Part shown: in pieces, positions 1-8,717 of the stretch
Numbering within the stretch: position 1 is the stretch's first letter
Layout of the letters: every line of letters starts with the position of its first letter
Program-made: the position numbers and the translations under genes
NCBI GenBank assembly: GCA_043811535.1
Contig: JBDRNC010000037.1
Coordinates: 32,001 to 96,000 of the forward strand
Length of the DNA: 64,000 nucleotides
Direction of reading: 5' to 3'
Source of the DNA: Elusimicrobiota bacterium
Lineage (GTDB): Bacteria; Elusimicrobiota; Endomicrobiia; Endomicrobiales; JBDRNC01
The notes under the pieces: generated by a model
What the model saw: the letters and a program-made list of their open reading frames with translations, nothing else
What the model was told of the DNA's origin: nothing
The model's database searches: none

Positions 1-19
1 AGCGGAACTGTCGGCGCAA

Positions 20-1942
20 ATGAAAAAAGCCGGCAACGTCAGGGCATGGGACATGGATACGGCCGAGATCCCGTTCGAAATGCGTGAATCCGTTGTCGGG
101 GAGATGGATTCACGCGACATGGAAGATATGAGCGGACGCATCGACGCGTTCCTGAAGAAAGCCCCGGCCGCGCACCTGCAGGGAAACGTTGAGGAATCAA
201 AGGCATATAGCAAGGACCTTGCCGCGTCGAGAGACTTCTATAAAAGAGGATCCAACGGTACCGCCGGTTTAAACGCTTTTGTAACGGCTTCTTCTTCAAG
301 CGCCGACGTGTATGAAATTGTTAATGGGAAAAGGGTGTACAAGGGAAAAGGCCAGGGGCTTGTCTGGGACCTGGACGGCGACGGAGCCGTGGATGACGAT
401 GAATTCCAGGTGGCTGCCAGCACCTACAAGGCGAGATACGATTGGTTTTTCAAGGACGCGGCCTGGAAGATACGGTACTCAAAGTACCCGCTTGACGACT
501 ATCTGATATTCGCGAACCAGTTGGATACGAACGGCCTGCATGACATCAAGGAATCCATCAAACTATACGAAGATATAAGGAAAGTCGAAGCTTTTAAATA
601 TCCTATAGACACGCTTGCCGAAGGGTACACGTACCACTGGGTTGAGCCCCACGCGATCAAGACTCTAATCCGCGTCCTGAAAGACCAGGGCGACGAACTC
701 GGGTATTACGATTACATCCTCAAGCAGGCAGTTCTGTCAAAATCTTTCACGCGCGACGAAGAAAGGATAGACAAACTTATACGGTTCGCGGTGGGCGATG
801 ATTCGGGAAAACTCGTGGAAAAACTTCAGAAAGAGCAGGAGATCCCGCAGTTCATTATAGACAGATACATGGAAAGCCCCGATCCTGCCCTGCGCGCGGT
901 GGTCGTGCAGCTGCTGAAACCGGAGAATGAAAAACATTTCCAGATGCTTTTAAAAGCCGCCGCGGACAAGTTTCTGATTGTCAGGAGTCTCGCCGCGAAA
1001 AGACTCGCCGAATCGGGAGACCAGCGCGCCGTGCCCGCGTTGATGGAAATGGCAAAGGAAGACACCGGCGTTGGAACTGACTACACAAGGGTAACCAAAG
1101 GATGGCAGCGCCCTGAGGGTTTCATAGCTCGCCAGTCGGCGCGGCTGGCATTGTACAAGATCCTCGGCGCCAACAAGATAGATATCCGGACGGTGGATTT
1201 CGCGGACCTGGTCCTGAAAGACAATATCGGCGGTGTTTCCAAAAACGGAGAGATGGACGTGGATGTCGACAGCAATCCCGTCTGCTCGCTTCGGAACAGC
1301 AGTTCGGACGGCAGTTACCGCTTGTTCATGGACCCGAAGTATTACGCCCGCAACAAACCGAAAGATTTTTATTACGTTCTCAGACATAACGGTTTCAAAA
1401 AATATATAAATATCCGGACGCGCGTGCGGGCCGATAAGAACGATTACGCCTCGCCAATTGTCAGATTCCTTGGCCGCGGCGGAGAACCGCTTAAGGAAAT
1501 CTTTCTTTCAGACAGCCTGGCGGCGTTAAGAGGGAGCGGGGGGTGGAGGGATTACAGCGTAACCGGGGAAATACCGGTCGGTTGCGTTGAGATTCGCGTC
1601 CAGATGGTTTTAGCCGGGAAAAGGGATGTCTTTCTGGGAAGCGTTAATATTTCCTGGAGCGACACATGGATGTTTCCGGGCACCGTTACTGCAAATCCCG
1701 CGCGAGAAAAGGATAAAAGAGACAATGCTTTCATTGATTTCCTGATCGGCCGGATGAAGAACGAGAAGAACACGGTTGAGGAAGAATTGCTGAGGAATGT
1801 GGTAAAGAACGATGCGCTTGAGAATCTGATAGTAGCCGCGAGCGATGAAAACGAGGTAATAGCGAAAAGGGCAGAAAAAATATTAATGGACCAGGCGGAC
1901 ATGGAGACGCTTGTCAAGTTAAAAGCAAGCGCCAGGCCGTAG
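20..1942 (+). CDS. Large HEAT-repeat protein with a Ca-binding-like DxDxDG loop; probably 5'-truncated by the window edge
   Basis: Frame is open from position 2. Contains DLDGDGAVDDDE and HEAT-like segments (DPALRAVVVQLL, LIVRSLAAKRLAESGDQRAVPALMEMA). Confidence 0.6.
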   Translation: MKKAGNVRAWDMDTAEIPFEMRESVVGEMDSRDMEDMSGRIDAFLKKAPAAHLQGNVEESKAYSKDLAASRDFYKRGSNGTAGLNAFVTASSSSADVYEIVNGKRVYKGKGQGLVWDLDGDGAVDDDEFQVAASTYKARYDWFFKDAAWKIRYSKYPLDDYLIFANQLDTNGLHDIKESIKLYEDIRKVEAFKYPIDTLAEGYTYHWVEPHAIKTLIRVLKDQGDELGYYDYILKQAVLSKSFTRDEERIDKLIRFAVGDDSGKLVEKLQKEQEIPQFIIDRYMESPDPALRAVVVQLLKPENEKHFQMLLKAAADKFLIVRSLAAKRLAESGDQRAVPALMEMAKEDTGVGTDYTRVTKGWQRPEGFIARQSARLALYKILGANKIDIRTVDFADLVLKDNIGGVSKNGEMDVDVDSNPVCSLRNSSSDGSYRLFMDPKYYARNKPKDFYYVLRHNGFKKYINIRTRVRADKNDYASPIVRFLGRGGEPLKEIFLSDSLAALRGSGGWRDYSVTGEIPVGCVEIRVQMVLAGKRDVFLGSVNISWSDTWMFPGTVTANPAREKDKRDNAFIDFLIGRMKNEKNTVEEELLRNVVKNDALENLIVAASDENEVIAKRAEKILMDQADMETLVKLKASARP

Positions 1943-1965
1943 TCGCGGGTCAAGGGAGTCATACC

Positions 1966-2598
1966 ATGAACACAGTTGAAGTCAGCCAGTGGATAGTGAA
2001 GGGCGGGCCGATAATGTGGCCTATAATAGCCGGTTCCGTCGCCGGCCTTGCGATCGTCCTTCAGAAAACGGTGCTTCTGATGATACTTAAGCGCAGGAAC
2101 AAGGAAAACGATTTTCCCGAGCGGGTATTTGGACTGCTTAGGGAAAAAGATGACAAGAAAGCGCTTGAGTTCTGTTCCGGCGTGGATTCTCCTTTCGCGC
2201 GCATCCTCCAGAAAGGCCTTGAGACGGGAAGTTCCGGGAAAGTCACGGCGGAAATGGCGATGGAGCGCGAAGGCGCAAAGCAGATGAAACGGCTTGAGTG
2301 GGGGATGGGGCTCCTGCTGAGCATCGTGGGTCTCGAGCCCATGATGGGCTTCCTAGGCACCATAATCGGGCTTATACAGGCCTTCAAAACATGGGAGGAA
2401 CTCGGCAACAGCGTCACGGTGAGCGCGTTGTCGGGCGGGATGTACTCGGCCATGATAACAACCGCCGCGGGGCTCGCGGTAGCCATCCCATTGTACCTGT
2501 GCTATAACAGCCTGATGAGCGCGTTCAAGGGGATAGCGCACGAATGGAACGAGGCTGGGACGACAGTCGCGGATTATTTCAAGAAAGGAAAGGAGTGA
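1966..2598 (+). CDS. exbB: MotA/TolQ/ExbB proton channel family protein
   Basis: KGGPIMWPI, PMMGFLGTIIGLI and AMITTAAGLAVAIP motifs; GGAG RBS upstream. Confidence 0.9.
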   Translation: MNTVEVSQWIVKGGPIMWPIIAGSVAGLAIVLQKTVLLMILKRRNKENDFPERVFGLLREKDDKKALEFCSGVDSPFARILQKGLETGSSGKVTAEMAMEREGAKQMKRLEWGMGLLLSIVGLEPMMGFLGTIIGLIQAFKTWEELGNSVTVSALSGGMYSAMITTAAGLAVAIPLYLCYNSLMSAFKGIAHEWNEAGTTVADYFKKGKE

Positions 2599-2601
2599 CC
2601 C

Positions 2602-3024
2602 ATGAAGATATCAGTTACTCGTGAACACATGGGGGCATTTGAGAGCATAGCTATCACCGATATAATAATGAACCTGTTCATTTTCTTTTTCGTTTCTTTC
2701 AGTTTGATATACTCGCTTGATTACGCCAAGGAAAACCGCATAAACATCAAACTGCCGAAGGGCGGAGGCGTCGCCGCGCAGAACCGCCAGCCGCCGCTTA
2801 CGGTGACGGTGACGAAATACAAGGAAATCTACCTGGGCGACAACCTAATACCGCAGGAGAAACTCGAACAGGCGGTCAGAAGCGCCGTCGGGGCGAAGCA
2901 GGACAAGACGGTCTACCTGCGCGCGGACGACACGCTGAACTACGGTTTTGTCATAGGGATACTGAGCAAATTGCACGGTTCGGGCGCAAAAGTGCTCGCG
3001 CTGGGGGTGGAGTCGGGTAAGTAG
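2602..3024 (+). CDS. exbD: ExbD/TolR biopolymer transport protein
   Basis: TM segment with conserved Asp (ITDIIMNLFIFFFV), INIKLPK, VYLRADD..YG; directly follows exbB. Confidence 0.9.
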   Translation: MKISVTREHMGAFESIAITDIIMNLFIFFFVSFSLIYSLDYAKENRINIKLPKGGGVAAQNRQPPLTVTVTKYKEIYLGDNLIPQEKLEQAVRSAVGAKQDKTVYLRADDTLNYGFVIGILSKLHGSGAKVLALGVESGK

Positions 3025-3197
3025 CGAAGACTGTATACTTCTTTGGAATTTGAGCAATATAGTATTGGTCCGTCCCGCCTATGGCGGGACTCAAATCCCT
3101 ATGCCGGACGGATGCGATGCGGTAAGTTCCGGAAAGATGCGGCATCTGTTTCGTAAAGTAAATTGATATTTCTTTCCTTTTTTGATAAAAATCATTA

Positions 3198-5129
3198 ATG
3201 AACCGCAGAAAAACAGCTCTTCTTATCCTCTTACTTGCCGCGATAACCTTCATTTCTTATTTGCCGTCCCTTAAGAACGATTTCGTGAATTATGACGACA
3301 ATGTCATGGTCACGGGCAACCGCGATATCAGGGACCTTTCGCCGCAAAACGTTTTTAGAATCTTTTCAAAACCGCATGCCGGCCTGTACCACCCGCTTGT
3401 AACCCTTTCTTACGCCGTGGAATACAGGATTGCCGGGCTTAATCCCCGCTTGTTCCACGCGACTAATCTTCTGCTTCATATTCTGAATTCCATTCTTGTA
3501 TTTGCGATGATAATCCTTTTAACATCGAATCCGGCCGTTTCGTTCGTTGTCGCGGCCATGTTCGGGCTTCATCCGATGCACGTGGAGTCGGTCGCCTGGA
3601 TCGCCGAACGGAAAGATGTGCTTTACGCCTTTTTCTTTCTTCTCTCAATAGTATGCTACCAGGCATACGCCAAGAAAACCGGAAAAAAATGGTATGCGCT
3701 GTCCGTCACCGCATTCATGCTTTCCTTACTGTCAAAACCAATGGCTGTCACGCTCCCTGTAATCATTTTTCTTCTGGATTACTATGAAGGGCGCAAATTC
3801 AATACCAAATCCGTGTACGAAAAGGCGCCGTTCATTGTTTTATCGGCCGCTTTTTCAGCCGTAGCTATAATATTTCACCGGGCATCGGGCTGGACAGGGG
3901 AAATAACCGCGGGCAGTCTTGTTTCCGGAGTTTACCGTGCCTTTAACGGGTTGTTGTTCTACCTTTCGAAGATATTTGCGCCGGTGAAACTCGTGCATAC
4001 ATACGTCGATTCCGAAATGCTGTCGCAATGGTTCGGAGTTTTCGACTTATCGCTCATTTTGATTATAACTGCCGTTTTCATTATACTGCTTGGCCGCGAT
4101 AAATGGAGGAAGACGGCGCTGTTCGGCGCGGCGTTTTTTGTCACGGCTATTCTGCCGGCGCTTCAAATCATTACGAACGGAAGGGCTATAGCAGCCGACA
4201 GGTACACATACGTGCCGTCTATAGGTATTTTCTTCATTGTTGCCTCCGTACTTTATTACTTCGCGATGAAAAACATTAAAACAATGCGGATAGCCGCGGG
4301 TATGTTCATTGTTCTGACGGCGGGAATGTCATTCATGACATGGCAAAGATGCGAGGTTTGGCGGGACGGGGTGTCATTGTGGGCCGATGAACTGAAACAA
4401 TATCCGAAATTCGTCTACGCTTTGAATAACAGGGGCCTTGCCTACGGCGAGAAGGGAAGATTTGACCTGGCATTTGATGATTTTCAGAAAGCGATACAGC
4501 TTGACCCGGGATTTGTCCACGCGTATAACAACAGGGCAAACATCTATAAAAGGAGAAAAGAGATACGAAAAGCGTTCGCGGATTATGATAAAACAGTGGA
4601 ATTGAACGGCGCTTATCAAGAGGCATATCTTAACCGCGGGTCGCTATTCGAGGACACGGGCCGGTATGAAAAGGCTGTCTTCGATTACAGCAAGGTAATA
4701 GAGCTTGACCCGAACAATGCGTTAGCTCATTACAACCGCGGGAACGTTTATGCCGTCCGGAAAGAGTATGAAAAAGCCCTGGCAGACTATAATTCGGCGA
4801 TAAATATCGAACCATTCTATGCGGACGCGTACATGAACAGAGGATCGGTTTACATGAAGCGCGGAGATTTTGAAAAAGCCGGCGCGGATTTTGATAAAGC
4901 GATAAGCGCCGACCCGTCCGCGGCCGAAGCTTACTACAACCGGGGAGTTCTGAATTTTCAGGCCGGGAGAAGCGAGCTCGCCTTGTTTGATTTCAGCAAG
5001 GCGACACAGCTTGACCCGGGCATGGCGAAGGCATATTTCAACAGGGGGATGACCTACAGGCTTATTGGAAATTTAAACGACGCCGAAAAGGATCTGAAAA
5101 AGGCGGAAGAACTCGGGCTAAAGCGTTAA
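3198..5129 (+). CDS. TMTC-like GT-C fold membrane glycosyltransferase with C-terminal TPR repeats
   Basis: NYDD, HPMHVESVAWIAERKDVL, LLSKPMAVTLP and ADRYTYVP motifs; many TM helices; about 7 AYxNRG TPR units. Confidence 0.8.
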   Translation: MNRRKTALLILLLAAITFISYLPSLKNDFVNYDDNVMVTGNRDIRDLSPQNVFRIFSKPHAGLYHPLVTLSYAVEYRIAGLNPRLFHATNLLLHILNSILVFAMIILLTSNPAVSFVVAAMFGLHPMHVESVAWIAERKDVLYAFFFLLSIVCYQAYAKKTGKKWYALSVTAFMLSLLSKPMAVTLPVIIFLLDYYEGRKFNTKSVYEKAPFIVLSAAFSAVAIIFHRASGWTGEITAGSLVSGVYRAFNGLLFYLSKIFAPVKLVHTYVDSEMLSQWFGVFDLSLILIITAVFIILLGRDKWRKTALFGAAFFVTAILPALQIITNGRAIAADRYTYVPSIGIFFIVASVLYYFAMKNIKTMRIAAGMFIVLTAGMSFMTWQRCEVWRDGVSLWADELKQYPKFVYALNNRGLAYGEKGRFDLAFDDFQKAIQLDPGFVHAYNNRANIYKRRKEIRKAFADYDKTVELNGAYQEAYLNRGSLFEDTGRYEKAVFDYSKVIELDPNNALAHYNRGNVYAVRKEYEKALADYNSAINIEPFYADAYMNRGSVYMKRGDFEKAGADFDKAISADPSAAEAYYNRGVLNFQAGRSELALFDFSKATQLDPGMAKAYFNRGMTYRLIGNLNDAEKDLKKAEELGLKR

Positions 5130-5270
5130 ACCGGATCGGTATCCCCCAATAAAATACTATTGAAAATTATGCTATAAGAGCGTCCGATAGGGCGAGTCTG
5201 CGAAGCACAACAATTTTTTTGAAAGTTGAGAGTAGAAAGTAGACCGTCCGCCACTAAGACGTTGGCGGGG

Positions 5271-5349
5271 TGTTCCTTAGTTGTTGTCGTTTGGTCTTTA
5301 ATTGTTAACTGGTAATTGTCCATTGTTAATTGAAAAACGCCGGGGTGGC
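5271..5349 (+). repeat. 79-bp direct repeat, copy 1 (tRNA-Leu upstream region plus first 11 nt of the tRNA); copy 2 at 12231-12309
   Basis: Direct comparison gives 4 mismatches in 79 bp, offset 6960 bp. Confidence 0.9.
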
Positions 5350-5432
5350 CCCGAATAACGCTTCGCGTATACGGGGTAAACTCCACCAGCAGAACTTGCC
5401 CCGATACGTCGGGGCGCACAGGACTTAAAATC
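5339..5432 (+). pseudogene. Disrupted 5' half of tRNA-Leu(UAA), candidate att junction
   Basis: GCCGGGGTGGC [41-nt insert] AGAACTTGC [15-nt hairpin] CGCACAGGACTTAAAATC. The last 18 nt are identical to 12322-12339, and similarity stops just after the anticodon loop. Confidence 0.8.
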
Positions 5433-5704
5433 TATTAAAATGCCCTCCACCTTACTTCCCTTTCTCGACGGTAAACTGATACTTTTAAGAATGTTCAATT
5501 TCGGTGTATTTCGGTCTATTTAGGCCTGTTTCTGGGGAGTACTAGACAAACTTTGGACAAACTTATTTCCAAAACAGTGCACAGGATTCCGGTCCGCTAA
5601 TGTTGTTTTCAGGGGTCAAGGTCTGTCCACCAGTCTTGACCCCTTTTCTTGTGCACATAAAAGAGCCAAAATCGACCATTATGATTTGAAATAGTTAGTC
5701 TGCC

Positions 5705-5730
5705 TGGTCCGAAAAATAACGGGCAGTCCA
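5705..5730 (+). mobile_element. Orphan IS3-family-like terminal inverted repeat
   Basis: TGGTCCGAAAAATAACGGGCAGTCCA shares its GGGCAGTCCA end with 12000-12027; ends in CA. Confidence 0.55.
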
Positions 5731-5731
5731 G

Positions 5732-5850
5732 TTTGACAGAGCGAAGGTCCCGGTTTCCGAACTCATTTCCGCCGTTTAAAAAAGATGGAAATCAGTGATC
5801 TCAGCATAATAGAGCCCGATATAGAAGACGCGATCTCCAACCTGCATAGA
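5732..5850 (+). pseudogene. C-terminal remnant of an ABC transporter ATP-binding protein (frameshifted)
   Basis: FDRAKVPVSELISAV, then a frameshift, then KKMEISDLSIIEPDIEDAISNLHR. Resembles the D-L-S-I-x-E-P-x-I-E-D tail of ABC-2 ATPases and begins right at the IS end. Confidence 0.5.
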
Positions 5851-5890
5851 AGTCTAAGCAGATCACAATACTTTAAAAATGAGCCTGCAC

Positions 5891-5919
5891 TTGACAAAAA
5901 ATATATTATTGCGTAACAT
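5891..5919 (+). promoter_or_regulatory. Sigma70-type promoter of the LacI operon
   Basis: TTGACA-17 bp-TAACAT. Confidence 0.6.
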
Positions 5920-5969
5920 ATGGGTGCGTGTGCAGAAAATCCGGGAATTCGGCATTTTAAGGGATAAAG

Positions 5970-6962
5970 ATGAATTTAAAGGACATAGCAAAAAAGCTCC
6001 GCGTTTCGAGGTGGACCATATCCAGGGTCATAAATAACGAGAAATACGTCCGCGAATACACAAGAAAAAAGATATTGAAATATCTTAAAGGAATTAATTA
6101 CGTACCGAACTACCACGCCTCAAGCCTGGCAGGGAACAAGTCACGGCTGATATGTCTAACCCTTCCCACAAGTCAGGTCGTGGATTTCGATGTCTTCACG
6201 GGCGAAACCATGAAAAATATAAGTTCGGTCCTTGAAAACAACGGATATTATCTGATGATAATGTCCGGAGGGAAATATGATTCAAAGAAACTAATCCATT
6301 TTTACGAAACAAAGATGATAGGGGGGTTCATCATATTCGCTCCTTCGCAAGATGATATGCCCGAAATCAGAAAAATGCAGAGGTACGGGATACCGATCGT
6401 GATTGTGTTCTCCCACGATGCCAAGCTGGATTCATACATGAGCGACAACGTCCAAGGGGGCTACATGGCGACGAAGTATCTTATAGAAAGAGGCAGGGAA
6501 AAGATCGCGTTTATTCACGGCCATCCTCACTGGGTCGACTCTTCCGATAGATACCGCGGATTTTTAAATGCATTAAGTGAATCAAATGTCAGCTTGTACT
6601 CTGAATTTGTGGCGAACGGGTATTTCAGTTTCGAACAGGGAAGAGAGATCACCAGAAAACTCCTGCAGATGAAAGAAAAACCCGATGCGATATTTGCCTC
6701 AAACGATAAAATGGCGCTTGGCGCAGTGTCCGCTGCGGCGGAAATGAAAATGAAAATGCCGGAAGACATCTCGATAATCGGATATGACGGAATATATGAA
6801 GGTAAGTTCAACAACCCTCCGTTAACGACAGTTATGCAGCCTATAAGCGATATAGTGAAGGCGGCTTCTCTAAGGTTGTTGGATAAGGTGAAAGTTCGCA
6901 AAAAATTAAAACCGGTGGTAGGACTGTTTAATCCCGTTCTGGTGAGGAGGGGGACGGCATAA
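5970..6962 (+). CDS. LacI family transcriptional regulator
   Basis: MNLKDIAKKLRVSRWTISRVIN HTH, NYVPN hinge, PDAIFASNDKMALG, IIGYDG, PPLTTV. Confidence 0.95.
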   Translation: MNLKDIAKKLRVSRWTISRVINNEKYVREYTRKKILKYLKGINYVPNYHASSLAGNKSRLICLTLPTSQVVDFDVFTGETMKNISSVLENNGYYLMIMSGGKYDSKKLIHFYETKMIGGFIIFAPSQDDMPEIRKMQRYGIPIVIVFSHDAKLDSYMSDNVQGGYMATKYLIERGREKIAFIHGHPHWVDSSDRYRGFLNALSESNVSLYSEFVANGYFSFEQGREITRKLLQMKEKPDAIFASNDKMALGAVSAAAEMKMKMPEDISIIGYDGIYEGKFNNPPLTTVMQPISDIVKAASLRLLDKVKVRKKLKPVVGLFNPVLVRRGTA

Positions 6963-7038
6963 ACAAGCCACAACGTGGCTGTGGGTTTTGCTCTGCCGGT
7001 AAGGAAAGGTAATTTATTTAAAAAAGGAAAGGTAATTT

Positions 7039-8019
7039 ATGAAAAAAATGATAGCTTTAGTTGTCTGCACATGCTGTTTCTTATGTTTGATGGGCGGTAA
7101 TCTTAAGGCGGCGACTGCATCGATTGATACTTTTGACGACAGCACCCTCTGGAGCCCTTTGGGGAACGTTTCCGTTGAGAAAGCAAAAGGCGTAAAAAAC
7201 GACTGCGTCTCCTTAAAGTTTGAACTGAGCGATTCCCAATTATGGGTTGGTATTGCCAGGGATTTTGACAGTATAATAATACCCAGTGGCTATTACACGA
7301 TCAGTTTTTTAATGAAAGGGGAAGGGGAGAATAATATAGAGTTTAAGCTGATGGACGCGAAAGGGAACGTTTTTATGAAAAGATGGGACAACTATAAATT
7401 AAAGAGAGACTGGGAAACGATAAAATTAAACAAAGGTGATGTTGCTTTTGCGTGGGGTCCCGACACACAGCCTAGTCTTGGCGAAGTAAAACGGGTGGAG
7501 ATAATAGCTTCAAAGGGCAAAAACGGTAAGGGTTCGGTATTTATAGATGATCTTAACATCAGCGAGCCGGACAAGAGTGAAATCCAGGGCAAGATTGAAG
7601 GTATCAAAGGAGTGTCCGCATTGTCAAGCGAAGAGACATGCAATGCCGGAATGGCGGTTGACGGCTTAATGGAAACCAGATGGAGCAGTGCGTTCTCAGA
7701 CCCCCAGTGGATAAAACTGGACCTCGGTGGGAAAAAAGTCATTGACAAAGTTGTCATTTGTTGGGAAACGGCGTACGCCAAGAAGTATCAGATACAGGTC
7801 TCCCAAGACGATAAAAAGTGGTACGTAGCGAGTGTTCAGAATCAGGGTTCGGGCGGAAGAAGCGCCGTAAAAATTGACCCTATTGAGGTGCGTTATGTAA
7901 GGATGTACGGGACCGAAAGAGCCAGCGGCTGGGGATACTCGATTTGGGAGTTTGAGGTTTACGAAAGCAAGAACAAGCCGGTTCCGCTTTCAAATCTTGC
8001 TGTATTCAGCGACAAATAG
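7039..8019 (+). CDS. Secreted carbohydrate-binding protein (CBM11/CIA30-like domain plus F5/8 type C discoidin domain)
   Basis: Signal peptide; GSVFIDDL; AVDGLMETRWSS..SDPQWIKLDLG, WETAYA, GYSIWEFEVY. Confidence 0.75.
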   Translation: MKKMIALVVCTCCFLCLMGGNLKAATASIDTFDDSTLWSPLGNVSVEKAKGVKNDCVSLKFELSDSQLWVGIARDFDSIIIPSGYYTISFLMKGEGENNIEFKLMDAKGNVFMKRWDNYKLKRDWETIKLNKGDVAFAWGPDTQPSLGEVKRVEIIASKGKNGKGSVFIDDLNISEPDKSEIQGKIEGIKGVSALSSEETCNAGMAVDGLMETRWSSAFSDPQWIKLDLGGKKVIDKVVICWETAYAKKYQIQVSQDDKKWYVASVQNQGSGGRSAVKIDPIEVRYVRMYGTERASGWGYSIWEFEVYESKNKPVPLSNLAVFSDK

Positions 8020-8080
8020 GTTGTAAAGACAAGTTTGTACATCTTGGTAATATAAAAACCATATGATGAGTTTATTCCCA

Positions 8081-8620
8081 TGCCACATTTAAGGTCGAAG
8101 TGCAACGGCCTAGCAGTTGAGCGACTTCTAATGGGGACTTAATCCCCAGGCACTTTCTTGGCCTGTTATTGGTTTTGTTCTGTATCCAGTTAAGCTGTTC
8201 AATAGAAATAGTATCAAAGTCAGTGCCCTTTGGCAAATATCTATGGATTAGACCGTTAATCTGTTCGTCGGACCCACGCGCAAAAGAATCATAAAGGATG
8301 AGCGAAAAAACATCTAACGCTGGTTTTACAGTCAATCCCGCGGTTATGCCCGCCGCCGCGGGCCCGACTCCTGTCGGGGGAGGAATGCGAACGGAGCCGC
8401 GGGAGGTCGCGTAATTTTTGGAGCCTCCCCGACTCTTTCGGGGAGGGGCTCCACTGCGTTCATGTTCGGTGTTTTCCGACCCATTATCCAGGATTAATGT
8501 CTTACGCATGAACATTGGCAGCTGTTTCAGATGCCTAGTAACGGCGCTGGTCGTTTCTAATGACCCTTTCTTTGGCATTTTTGTGATAAAGAGCAAGCGC
8601 ATTCAACGTTCTGTTAAAGG
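8081..8620 (-). pseudogene. IS30-family transposase C-terminal fragment with terminal IR
   Basis: LDNGSE, NGLIHRYLPKGTDF, NNRPRKCLG; in-frame stop in TER*MRLL; IR-like GCCACATTTAAGGTCGAAGTGCAAC at 8082-8106. Confidence 0.85.
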
Positions 8621-8717
8621 ATTGAGGGCAACCGGGCATTCCGGTGGAAAGCTTAAGGTTTCTTTTGCCGCGACGGGCTCAGAACAGACGATGACAATTA
8701 TTAATAGAAAGTAACCC

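Noticed and set aside
5126..5498. Minus-strand ORFs at 5126-5419 and 5298-5498, and ORFs 12262-12453 and 14448-14660
   Set aside because: They overlap tRNA genes, the tRNA remnant or repeats, and show no protein motifs.
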